Shown here piece by piece: positions 8,754-16,942 of a stretch of DNA of 64,000 nucleotides. Each line of letters starts with the position of its first letter. Within the stretch, counting starts at the first letter, position 1. The position numbers and the translations under genes are program-made. Under the pieces are notes generated by a model. It did no database searches. It saw only the letters and a list, made by a program, of their open reading frames with translations, and was not told the origin of the DNA. The stretch is taken from the NCBI GenBank assembly GCA_035571045.1, contig DATMKS010000096.1, positions 65,028-129,027 of the forward strand. Direction: 5' to 3'. This DNA is from Verrucomicrobiia bacterium. Lineage in GTDB: Bacteria; Acidobacteriota; Terriglobia; Acidiferrales; UBA7541.

Positions 8754-11416
8754 TCGTTACCAGAGTTGGCTGATTTCGCCGCGACCTGATCCGCTTTGGC
8801 GCCATCCAAGCTAAACGGCTTACGCGCAAGCTTAGTGTAAGTCTTGGCGAACTCTTTGACCTCAATAAATTGATTAACCCCCACGCCGGAGAAATTCTGC
8901 CGCGTGTTGCTTGCCGGCCACCATACTTCGAGATCGGTGATCTTGGCGGATTCGCCCAGGCCAATGTGCTGCTGGAGCGGCGACGCACCAAAGGACCCCC
9001 CGCTTCCAACGGTGCGATAGATGGAACGAGCAGCACGCCCTTCATTTTCCACGGTGACTTTGATGCGCGCGCCGATGGCGGAGCGATTCGTCTTCACGCC
9101 TACAAGCTTGACGCTGAGCCAGTTGTTTTTGTTTCCTGGGTTTTTGAAGACCCGGAATGGATGTGCGTCTCCAGGCGTGGCTCCGCCCATCGAGACGAGA
9201 ATATCTTCGCTTCCGCTGTTGTTCAGATCGGCGAAGGCAACGCCGTGACCTTTGTGGAGGTCTCCTGTGCCGGAGGACGCGGTGATGTCCACGAAAGATT
9301 TCCCTTCGTCATTGCGAAGCAACATTTTAGGGATGAGCGCGCCGTATTCAGGGCCGCCGGTGGCGAGGAAAATGTCGAGAAAACCGTCGTTGTCGACATC
9401 GCCGAAATTTGCGCCCATTGGAACATTGATTTTGTCCAGCCCAACCTCCGCGGTCACATCTTTGAACGTTCCATCCTTCATGTTCTTGTAGAGCTTGAAT
9501 GTCTCGGCGTTGTGCGGAAGGCCGAGATAGCTGCGCAGGGCCTCGTCGACGGAAAAAAAGTAAGAGGTAACGAATATGTCGGGCCAGCCGTCGTTGTCGT
9601 AATCGAAAAACCAGGTAGCGAAACTTTGCGATTGTGGCTGGTGCACGCCAGCCCTTTCGGAAACTTCCGTGAAGGTGCGGTCGCGGTTGTTGTGGTAAAG
9701 AAAGTTGCCTCCGTAAAGGTTCGAAACATAAAAGTCGACGTAGCCATCGTTGTCATAGTCGGCGGCCACGACGCCTTTGGTAAAAGCGATCTTGTCCACT
9801 CCCGCGGAGTGGGAAATATCCTCGAAGGTGCCATCGCGTTTGTTCAGAAAAAGCTGGCTCGGGCCATTTTCGTTTCCAACAAAGAGGTCGAGGTAGCCGT
9901 CGTTGTCGATGTCGGCCCAGACGGCGGTCTGCGTGCGGGTGGCGGGCTCCGAGAGACCAGCTTCTTTTGTGACGTCCGTAAATGTTCCGTCGCAATTGTT
10001 ACGCAGCAAGGACTTGCGTACAGGAAATTCCCACGCACCGCGCAAAACCAGGATATCCGTGCAGCCGTCGTTGTTGTAGTCGGCCTGAACCATGTTCAGC
10101 CCTCCCAACTGTTCGGCAAGGCCCGCTTCGCTGGCGCGATCGGCAAAGGTTCCGTTTCCGTTGTTTCGGAAATAATGCATCGGGGAGCAAACGTCGTAGC
10201 TCGAAGTGACCACGTCGACCAAACCGCGGTTCCCGAAATCGTCCACGATCACGCCGTTCGCCATGGAAACAAAGTCCAGGCCAGCTGCCGGAGCGACATC
10301 GACAAATCGTCCGATGCTTTGCTTTGATTCGAGGGCGGAGGGAGGAATCAGATATTCCGGAGGAACATGGGAAGGATATTTTCCGAGCGTCATGTAGGCC
10401 AGGTTCAGAAGCCACTTTACCTGAAGGTGATCGGGCCTCTCGGGTTTTTGCGCCAAGTATTTCAGAAAAAACTGAATAGCCTTCTCAGAATCCGCCGTGA
10501 TGCGATAAGGCTCGGCGTTGCGCGGTGGAAACAAGCACCTCTCCCCCGGATGGCGATAGATATCGTTCTCCATTTCCGACTTGTGCAGGTAGGCGACGCC
10601 GAGCACGTTCGTTAATTGCGGCACGCCAGCCGGAAGATCGGAGAGCGCAATCTTGTACGCGGCTTCCCACTGCTCTATCGCTTTGTCCATATTGCCTTGG
10701 TAAGCTTGGAGCTGCGCGAGCGCGTAGTGCGATTGGATCGCGTCGAACGCGGTCATGGCTTCCAAGCGTGCGTGATTCTCCGGCGTAAAGAGTTCCTCGA
10801 GACGCACGATTCCTTGAGCGAGCGATTGTTTGCGGATATTGCAGATAGCCGGAAGAACTTGCCCCCAGTTGGCGGGCTTCGGAAATTTCTGAAAGAGCAT
10901 GTCTGCTATGACCTGGCCGGCTACATCCGCCGGATAGCGAATCGCGCCCTTTCCAGCAAGTGGCGAATCTCGGTTTTGGCCCGGGCCCATGCCCTGCCCT
11001 CCGGCTGGCTGGCTTGGGGACAGCACTTTCAAGATGACGTAACCTGACGGGACCGCGATTACTCCGGTCATGCGCCCGAGTTCTATTCCCTTCAGGGCGT
11101 CTCGCAATTCTGGACGCAGCGTCGACAGATCGATTAGACCGAGGTACCCACCCTCCGTCGCGCTCGGATCAATGGATTCCTTTCTCGCGACCGCAGCAAA
11201 GTCTTCGCCATTGCGCAGACGATCGAGAATCTGGCGCGCTTTGTCCGGAGAATCCACTACGATTACTTGTAAGGTGAGCTGTCCCGAGGACTTTTCTTGC
11301 GCTCTAGAGGGGGAACCGAGGATCGCGAGCCCGGCTAATAATATTGCCGCAGCAAAAACTGGCAAGCACCTCAGACTCGATGAGCGCAACATTCCTTTTG
11401 TCGAAGAGTGCACCAT
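8750..11416 (-). CDS. CRTAC1-family protein fused to PpiC/parvulin PPIase and TPR-like region
   Basis: GEDFAAVARKESIDPSATEGGYLG (parvulin), helical TPR-like segment, FG-GAP repeats, ASPIC/UnbV C-terminus. Start is uncertain (ORF is open to 11479). Confidence 0.88.
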   Translation of the reverse strand: MVHSSTKGMLRSSSLRCLPVFAAAILLAGLAILGSPSRAQEKSSGQLTLQVIVVDSPDKARQILDRLRNGEDFAAVARKESIDPSATEGGYLGLIDLSTLRPELRDALKGIELGRMTGVIAVPSGYVILKVLSPSQPAGGQGMGPGQNRDSPLAGKGAIRYPADVAGQVIADMLFQKFPKPANWGQVLPAICNIRKQSLAQGIVRLEELFTPENHARLEAMTAFDAIQSHYALAQLQAYQGNMDKAIEQWEAAYKIALSDLPAGVPQLTNVLGVAYLHKSEMENDIYRHPGERCLFPPRNAEPYRITADSEKAIQFFLKYLAQKPERPDHLQVKWLLNLAYMTLGKYPSHVPPEYLIPPSALESKQSIGRFVDVAPAAGLDFVSMANGVIVDDFGNRGLVDVVTSSYDVCSPMHYFRNNGNGTFADRASEAGLAEQLGGLNMVQADYNNDGCTDILVLRGAWEFPVRKSLLRNNCDGTFTDVTKEAGLSEPATRTQTAVWADIDNDGYLDLFVGNENGPSQLFLNKRDGTFEDISHSAGVDKIAFTKGVVAADYDNDGYVDFYVSNLYGGNFLYHNNRDRTFTEVSERAGVHQPQSQSFATWFFDYDNDGWPDIFVTSYFFSVDEALRSYLGLPHNAETFKLYKNMKDGTFKDVTAEVGLDKINVPMGANFGDVDNDGFLDIFLATGGPEYGALIPKMLLRNDEGKSFVDITASSGTGDLHKGHGVAFADLNNSGSEDILVSMGGATPGDAHPFRVFKNPGNKNNWLSVKLVGVKTNRSAIGARIKVTVENEGRAARSIYRTVGSGGSFGASPLQQHIGLGESAKITDLEVWWPASNTRQNFSGVGVNQFIEVKEFAKTYTKLARKPFSLDGAKADQVAAKSANSGNE

Positions 11417-11853
11417 GGTCTCAATCCAGCAAGAAAACAGTTGAGCGCGGATTCTAGCAGGGAGAGGGAGGTCGCACAACGCGTGCGGCCGCGGACTTTT
11501 CTCTAGGATAGACAGTCAGAGTCTGTCTAAAATTTACCATGTTGTTGATTCTTTTAGCCTTTTCTTGTGTCGCAGTATCTGGTTTTAGCTCGTTCTTGGC
11601 TGCTCTCACCTCTCTTGGGTTGCCTAAAACAGGATGGCGGGCATTCCGCCGATCATACTCCAGAGGGTATCTTTCCCTGGCACTCAGCCCTGGTTGGATC
11701 TTCGTGGGAGCCTTATCAAGCCGACAGTTTCCTCTGATTGGATAATCTGGACAAGATGGATTAAGTATTTTGAATGTCGATTCGAACAATCTCGGCCTCG
11801 ATTCGAGAATGCAAGTGCCAGCGTTGCGGGCGCATCTCTTCTAACAAGCATGT

Positions 11854-12267
11854 TTAGAAGCTCAATCTAATTGTGTCCTTCCTGCCCGTTAGCTTATCCT
11901 CAATCTTCTTCACTGCTATGAGGAGCACAAAGACTTCAACTAACATGACAGGCAACCAGAACAAAATACTAGAGGTCTCAAATCTAGCCAGAACGAACTT
12001 GAAAAAAAACCACACGGCCACCAAGTGGACTGCAAGGCAAATGGCAAGCGAAACCACGAAGACCGAGCGGAAGCTTCTACGACGAAAAAAGACCACGAAA
12101 CTGAACGGAATTAAGGTTACGAGCAATGCCGTAACCCACTTCAGCTGGATGCCTCTACTGTGCGCGCTTCCAGCAGCGATAAACGTAAACAGTCCGACCA
12201 GAAAGAGAATTGCGTATTCCCAAAGAGAGCGCCTTCTTATCGAACTTCTTCTCAGTCGTCGATGCAT
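11854..12267 (-). CDS. Hypothetical membrane protein, about 4 TM helices
   Basis: 137-aa ORF with four hydrophobic segments separated by basic loops. Confidence 0.6.
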   Translation of the reverse strand: MHRRLRRSSIRRRSLWEYAILFLVGLFTFIAAGSAHSRGIQLKWVTALLVTLIPFSFVVFFRRRSFRSVFVVSLAICLAVHLVAVWFFFKFVLARFETSSILFWLPVMLVEVFVLLIAVKKIEDKLTGRKDTIRLSF

Positions 12268-12283
12268 GCGTTGTACGCCTCAC

Positions 12284-12585
12284 GTACTCGACGATTGGAT
12301 TCAGATTGGTCGGCGGCGGTGGTGTCGGTACAGCTGCAATTTCCACGGGGACCGGAGCCGAATATATCACGTTCGCGATCACCACGAGCTGCGCTGAACC
12401 CAAGGCCAAGGTCATGTTAGGCGGAACGTTTACCTGCGTCGTCACGATTTGCTGACCAGTCGCAACGCCAAGCGTGGAGAAATTAGAGGTCTTGCATACA
12501 CGACATTATTTCCTTGCTGGATCTGGGCGATTGGATAGTTGGTGGCAGCGGTGTAATCATCTCCGTAACTCACCGCTTGCGAAAG
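12284..12585 (-). pseudogene. Frameshifted C-terminal fragment of a secreted Kelch/galactose-oxidase-like beta-propeller protein
   Basis: Manual translation gives LSQAVSYGDDYTAATNYPIAQIQQGNNVVYAR, a 1-nt shift near 12490, then TSNFSTLGVATGQQIVTTQVNVPP...LVVIANVIYSAPVPV. No start codon or N-terminus. Family recalled from motif. Confidence 0.6.
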
Positions 12586-12641
12586 TGGACACCGGATAAG
12601 ACCCAACCCGTGGAGCTTGAGGCTCGGAAAACAACCTGCAA

Positions 12642-12751
12642 GGTCCGTCGATCTTCACGCGGTTCAGCAGCTTGGGCTTAAGCTGGAACCCGAAAACGCT
12701 CCCATGGAAGTCTTGTTGGTCGAACACGCCGAGAAGCCTTCGGAAAACTAA
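12642..12751 (+). pseudogene. C-terminal remnant of a TIGR03435-family protein
   Basis: GPSIF(T), a 1-nt shift, then AVQQLGLKLEPENAPMEVLLVEHAEKPSEN*. This matches the family's hallmark ending GPSIFTAVQEQLGLKL...EKPSEN. Confidence 0.75.
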
Positions 12752-12840
12752 TCGACGAACTGATTCGATTGTGCCTGGTTAGCACGCACTACCGGAGATG
12801 CGTGGATTTCGCTGATCGGTACATGGAGATACCGCGTTAC

Positions 12841-13233
12841 TCAGAGACTGAAATGGTATGGAGAAAATCCAGCAATGCGCAGAAAACCAAAAGTGGCTCG
12901 GATTGTGAAGTGTACTCCCATCGCCACGATTTCTAATTGCTCAGCATTTACTCGAGTAATTTGTATCTCTGCTCTGTTTGTATTTGACCAGCCTTTAACC
13001 TCAACGTCTCCGAGAGCCAGAAGCTGAAGTGTCATGTTAACGGTGTTTGCCTGCTGTGTTCGCCATTTCAGGGGAGGAGACGAGGGATACTCGTTCAAGC
13101 GAATAGTGAGTTCGGCTGTCGGTCCATCTCGGTCAATTTTAAAAGTGAAAATCTCAACATTCTGAAGGGAAGGAGGCAGGTCGAAGAGCGAACTGGCGGC
13201 CTCAGGATTCTCTGCAAGTTTAAGCCAACTCAA
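12841..13233 (-). CDS. Imm50-family immunity protein
   Basis: W..L.ENP....LF..PPSL..V.I....IDRDGPT..L...L..YP..PP.KW....N.V...LQL......V.GW pattern. TTG start preceded by SD GAGGTG. Confidence 0.78.
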   Translation of the reverse strand: MSWLKLAENPEAASSLFDLPPSLQNVEIFTFKIDRDGPTAELTIRLNEYPSSPPLKWRTQQANTVNMTLQLLALGDVEVKGWSNTNRAEIQITRVNAEQLEIVAMGVHFTIRATFGFLRIAGFSPYHFSL

Positions 13234-13335
13234 GATTTCACCTCGCCCCTCATTATAGAAGCAGTGGGCGGCACTGCCTAAGTCCCGGTTAGTCGGTTAC
13301 CGGACATCAAGTGGTTTTGGATCGCTTTGGGTGCT

Positions 13336-13566
13336 TCATTGCGGCGTGCGCTCTGTCCGTTTTCCCGGATTTTCGTAGACGGGATTCCTGGGTACTTCCG
13401 TGTGATCGATACGGATTGCCTTGTATTCCCCCATGAGCTTCTGTAGGACACCGTATAGGGCTTTTCCGCGACGCCGCCTGCTAAACTTGACGAGCACGAC
13501 ACTGTCCTTCACGGGATTTCCTTCGCTTTTGTTTCTGTCCAAATTTGGACCAAATTTCCCGGCCAT
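13336..13566 (-). CDS. Hypothetical basic protein or gene fragment
   Basis: 76-aa ATG ORF; no recognisable motif. Confidence 0.3.
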   Translation of the reverse strand: MAGKFGPNLDRNKSEGNPVKDSVVLVKFSRRRRGKALYGVLQKLMGEYKAIRIDHTEVPRNPVYENPGKRTERTPQ

Positions 13567-13667
13567 TGCGTTCCAATATGATTGTCAAAAAGCCAGCCGC
13601 AGCGTTGCTCTAAAATGGGGCGGCGCTGCTGACACAGCGCGACGAGGACTAAAGGGGAGACCGAACA

Positions 13668-13787
13668 GTGAAGATGCTAATACAATGGCTCGATAAGCAG
13701 TATCGCTTCTTGATGCTCGGTGCGATGGTCGTGGAGTTGTTTTTGTTGGGCTGGCTGGTAGTCGTCAAGACGTGGGGGAGAAGATAG
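13668..13787 (+). CDS. Small single-TM protein (39 aa), absent from the ORF track
   Basis: SD AAGGGGAG, then GTG-KMLIQWLDKQYRFLMLGAMVVELFLLGWLVVVKTWGRR*. Confidence 0.55.
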   Translation: MKMLIQWLDKQYRFLMLGAMVVELFLLGWLVVVKTWGRR

Positions 13788-14005
13788 TCGTGAACATCAT
13801 CGACGGCATTCCTACCGGGGCGCACCAGATGAGGGCGCTGTATCTCAAATCAAAACCTGCACGAAGACTGCGGACCGGGTTTCGTCGCCAGCAGCCCACC
13901 GTTGCGCTATCCTAACTCTTCAGGGTTTGGTGCAAACCACGCTCGGATTGTCCACTGCAAACTTGAGACAGTCGGCATCCTGTTGAGCGCGTTTCGCTAG
14001 TACCT

Positions 14006-14046
14006 AAAAGGAAACGGGCCGGAGGCTCATAGCTTTCCGGCTCGTT
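14006..14046 (-). terminator. Rho-independent terminator
   Basis: Stem AACGGGCCGGA/TCCGGCTCGTT (one mismatch), followed by TCCTTTT on the minus strand. Confidence 0.65.
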
Positions 14047-14079
14047 CTGTCCGACTTTAGCCCAACCAAACGGAAGCTA

Positions 14080-14199
14080 TTAACGAGGCTTTGGACCTAC
14101 CGGGTGCCCCGTCGCCTTGACGCGCTTGACGGAATACTTTTGTTTGTCGGCGCGCTTCGTTCTGACGCGCTGCCTCGCTGGGTTCTTGGGCTTATTCAT
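14080..14199 (-). CDS. Small highly basic peptide (39 aa), absent from the ORF track
   Basis: MNKPKNPARQRVRTKRADKQKYSVKRVKATGHPVGPKPR*. ATG overlaps the upstream stop (TAATG) and a terminator follows. Confidence 0.55.
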   Translation of the reverse strand: MNKPKNPARQRVRTKRADKQKYSVKRVKATGHPVGPKPR

Positions 14200-14651
14200 T
14201 ACCTGGCCCAATCCTGGTGAATCAGTTCACAAACCTGTTTGATGTTGCCCTTGATGCTGCCGCCTTCCTTGTTCTTCATCAAGTCTCCGTCCTTGTTGAA
14301 AACCTGAATCTGGTTATCACGGACGATCAATCCGTGTTCGATGTGGTTCAGGCGAATCGTGTAATCCGCCGTCTGCTGATTGATCGTAATGACGACATCG
14401 GGGCAAGACTTGAGAATATCCTTGCTCATTTCCATGGACTGATCCCTGTCCGAGTTTCTGTTGCTGCCCTTGCTCGCCGAATCCAGAAACACACGCGGGG
14501 GCTTACTATGATCTCCCACAGCCGCAACCGCGGGAACAACGGCGGGCTGCCCGGCGTCTTTCGTTCCCGCTCCCGCTGGGTTTTGAGCAAATGCCAGGGG
14601 TGCGAACGTGACTACCGCTGCAAGCATTGCGATTCGAATTACTGACTTCAT
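14199..14651 (-). CDS. Hypothetical secreted protein
   Basis: SD GAGGAG; signal peptide MKSVIRIAMLAAVVTFAPLAFA; two Cys in the mature part. Confidence 0.75.
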   Translation of the reverse strand: MKSVIRIAMLAAVVTFAPLAFAQNPAGAGTKDAGQPAVVPAVAAVGDHSKPPRVFLDSASKGSNRNSDRDQSMEMSKDILKSCPDVVITINQQTADYTIRLNHIEHGLIVRDNQIQVFNKDGDLMKNKEGGSIKGNIKQVCELIHQDWAR

Positions 14652-14899
14652 TCCGTTTCTCCTCGTTGGAGCTAGATTTGAATTGGCCCTTGGAGATTCA
14701 GAATGCATTTCCGCTCATACGATCTCAATGGTACTTGTCTTGAGCGTTAACCATCGGCGTCGGTTTGCCGATCATAGCGATAGCATCAAAGATTGGTCGA
14801 GGGGCATGAAGAAGCTGTGGGAAACCTGTGCGCACATCGTCCTGCCCCTCTAGACTGGCTCCTCTGTTTCGGCAATGATGTCACCCCAGAGAAATTGTC

Positions 14900-15118
14900 G
14901 TGAGCACCTACACCGCAAGAACGAGCGACATTTTGAAGGCCGTTGGCCTGTTGCGGAAGCATGGTGTGCCCGTGGGATTTCCGATGCAAACTGCCGATGG
15001 TGAGGTGATCTTCTCGGTGGGCAAGGACTCTACGCTGACAGCTGACCAGCTACTGGGACTTCTTGAACGTGGAGAACTAAACGCCGAGGGTGTGCGGCGC
15101 GTTTGTCTGCCTGCCTGA
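14900..15118 (+). CDS. Hypothetical protein (72 aa)
   Basis: GTG start, globular-looking composition, directly upstream of the next plus-strand ORF. Confidence 0.5.
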   Translation: MSTYTARTSDILKAVGLLRKHGVPVGFPMQTADGEVIFSVGKDSTLTADQLLGLLERGELNAEGVRRVCLPA

Positions 15119-15135
15119 ACGCGCCCATTGCGATC

Positions 15136-15627
15136 ATGGAATTGTTGGGGCCAAAGTCATTTGAAGAAATATCGGAACTCTTCTCTAAGGAGAATCGTTT
15201 CAAAGATGAAAATGTGTGTAAAGAAGGGGATACTTGGGCGCGAGGTCGGTTCGAAGAAGCTAATGCCCACTTCTCGGGAGAATGGTACGAATATCGTCTT
15301 TCTCGTGCTGAGATTTTGAATATAAAACTTCCCTGGCATAGACACACTTATCAAACCCCGAAAGAAGGGTCCACCGTCGCCGAAGCTGTACAGATTCCAA
15401 GTGTCCAAAAATGGATAGCTGAGAAGGCCCCAAATTATCCGGAGTCACACGTTTTGTTGTCAGCGGGCCCCTTCAAGTCCGATGCTGAAGAATACAGCCT
15501 CATGAAAAATCACGAAGGTCGTCTCATAATGCTTGACGGGCAGCATCGTTTGGTGACCTGGGCCAAGGCAGAGAAACAGAGCTTTCTTGCATTCATAGCT
15601 GGTAAACCCTCAGGCCCGCCGTCGTAG
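15136..15627 (+). CDS. Hypothetical protein with DGQHR motif (ParB/Srx-like fold)
   Basis: LIMLDGQHRLVTW near the C-terminus. ORF is open from 15103. Confidence 0.6.
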   Translation: MELLGPKSFEEISELFSKENRFKDENVCKEGDTWARGRFEEANAHFSGEWYEYRLSRAEILNIKLPWHRHTYQTPKEGSTVAEAVQIPSVQKWIAEKAPNYPESHVLLSAGPFKSDAEEYSLMKNHEGRLIMLDGQHRLVTWAKAEKQSFLAFIAGKPSGPPS

Positions 15628-15681
15628 CCCAAATATGAGAAGTGTTTGCACAGTCAAACCACGCCGGTTCAACGAGATAGT

Positions 15682-15756
15682 TGGCTGGGAGACCTGGACT
15701 CGAACCAGGATAGCCAGATTCAGAGTCTGGAGTCCTACCAATTGGACGATCTCCCA
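15682..15756 (-). tRNA. tRNA-Gln (anticodon CUG)
   Basis: TGGGAGATCGTCCAATTGGTAGGACTCCAGACTCTGAATCTGGCTATCCTGGTTCGAGTCCAGGTCTCCCAGCCA. Acceptor stem, anticodon arm CCAGA-CTCTGAA-TCTGG, TTCGA loop and encoded CCA are all present. Confidence 0.97.
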
Positions 15757-15779
15757 GCCGTTGACAACGTGGGACTTAC

Positions 15780-15809
15780 ATCATGCCACGGCTTGCAGCT
15801 TTGGGTCAA
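15780..15809 (-). promoter_or_regulatory. Putative sigma-70 promoter of tRNA-Gln
   Basis: TTGACC-N18-CATGAT with extended -10 TG, about 24 nt upstream of the tRNA 5' end. Confidence 0.55.
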
Positions 15810-16169
15810 AAGGGTCAAACACTGCAATTTTTGATCAATTTCAAGAGTGAAATCAGGCACTCTGGCAAGTTCGTCCCGCATAAAATCAGGCCGAAGATGC
15901 GTGTACCGACGTATCATTTTTTCGCTACCGTGTCCGATCGACTTCTTAATTACCTCAATCGCGGTTCCAGCCATGACCAGGGTGCTTACTCGGTGGTGCC
16001 GGAAGCCGTGCATACCGCCACGTTCGAGCCCGAGTTTGCGAAGCAGTGGATGTAGATGCTTATTGAGAACGGCACAGTTCACTAGCGGTGTCTTCCGGCT
16101 TGATTGGAAGACGAGACCTTCCTTTCTGCCGTTCAAATGATTCTCCATCAATATCAGGCAAGCGCGCAT
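15781..16169 (-). pseudogene. 5'-truncated tyrosine recombinase/integrase (catalytic C-terminal part only)
   Basis: MHGFRH, IGH and RRYTH catalytic motifs present; N-terminal domains absent. The current frame runs into the tRNA, while an alternative frame ends ...FDPFDPKLQAVA* at 15781. Confidence 0.8.
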
Positions 16170-16220
16170 GAAACCAGGTGTAATCAGGAAACATGTGAGG
16201 TGTCCTCAAGCCTTTCTTCG

Positions 16221-16268
16221 ATTGCACGAAATCGTGCAATGTGTCATGATTGCACATATTTATGCAAT
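16221..16268 (+). promoter_or_regulatory. satD promoter overlapped by two palindromic operator-like sites
   Basis: TTGCAC(16222)-N17-CATGAT(16245) with extended -10 TG. Palindromes ATTGCACGAAATCGTGCAAT (16221-16240) and ATTGCACATATTTATGCAAT (16249-16268). Confidence 0.7.
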
Positions 16269-16915
16269 CGAATGTTAGTCTCCACGGAGTACTGATCGCT
16301 GACGTAGTCGCCTCCCGCTCGACCGCGGATCTGCGATCGTCATTGAACGAGAAGCTACGGATCGCGAGTATCGCGCAGCTGGATGAGCAACTGATCCGCC
16401 TGCCCTACGCGGTTACCGCTGGTGATGAATTTCAAGTTGTGGCGGCGCGGTTGGAGCGAGTACCCAAGTTGATACTCGATCTTCGCAGACGCCTACTCCC
16501 GTTCCGGTTGCGCGTTGGTATAGGGATTGGAATCGTGGAGGGGCAGATCCGTCGCCCTGTGAACCGTATTGCCGGTGAAGCATTTCAGAACGCACGAAAG
16601 GCAATTGTAGAAATCAAGGCGCAACGCAAATATCCGACGCTTACCCTTTTTCATTCCAACCGCGAAGGTTTTGACCGTGTTGCGAATCTGACTTACGCTC
16701 TGCACGACACGCTCATGCGTCGGACGACGGCGAAGCAGTGGGAGACGATCGCAGTGTACTTGATTAAGAATCGCGTGGACTATACGGCTAAGGCCTTGGA
16801 AATCGACCGATCGACAGCGTCTCGGAATCTCCGACGTGGTTTTTTTTGGCAAATGGAAGAAACCGTCTTGGTCATGGAAGAGTTCATTCGGGAGAGTTTT
16901 GGCGATTGCACATAA
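16262..16915 (+). CDS. satD: SatD-family protein (nucleotide-cyclase-like palm domain + C-terminal HTH)
   Basis: VLIADVVASR, TAGDEFQ, LRVGIGIG, GEAFQNAR; HTH-like AKALEIDRSTASRNLRR. Confidence 0.88.
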   Translation: MQSNVSLHGVLIADVVASRSTADLRSSLNEKLRIASIAQLDEQLIRLPYAVTAGDEFQVVAARLERVPKLILDLRRRLLPFRLRVGIGIGIVEGQIRRPVNRIAGEAFQNARKAIVEIKAQRKYPTLTLFHSNREGFDRVANLTYALHDTLMRRTTAKQWETIAVYLIKNRVDYTAKALEIDRSTASRNLRRGFFWQMEETVLVMEEFIRESFGDCT

Positions 16916-16924
16916 TCGTGCAAT
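16905..16924. promoter_or_regulatory. Third copy of the satD palindrome
   Basis: ATTGCACATAATCGTGCAAT spans the satD stop codon. Confidence 0.7.
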
Positions 16925-16942
16925 TATAAGGTATTGGACGAT

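Noticed and set aside
4830-10085. Recurring GCCGTCGTTGTCG(T/A) DNA motif resembling an array
   Set aside because: It encodes the FG-GAP DxDNDG repeats. Spacing is irregular and it lies inside CDS, so it is not CRISPR.
4561-10327. Long plus-strand ORFs (4561-5772, 6969-7685, 8870-10327)
   Set aside because: Antisense shadows of the CRTAC1 genes caused by high-GC codon bias; no motifs of their own.
11440-11860. Expected duplicate of the tRNA 3' end (att) closing the 11.5-15.7 kb zone, and the short ORFs here
   Set aside because: No convincing match to TGGCTGGGAGACC found. The overlapping ORFs have no recognisable motif or SD.
13278-13566. Possible toxin tip upstream of Imm50
   Set aside because: No nuclease or toxin motif recognisable in any frame.
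15735-15780. Integrase ORF extending into the tRNA
   Set aside because: Better explained by a frameshift in the A-run near 15830 of a pseudogene than by a real overlap.
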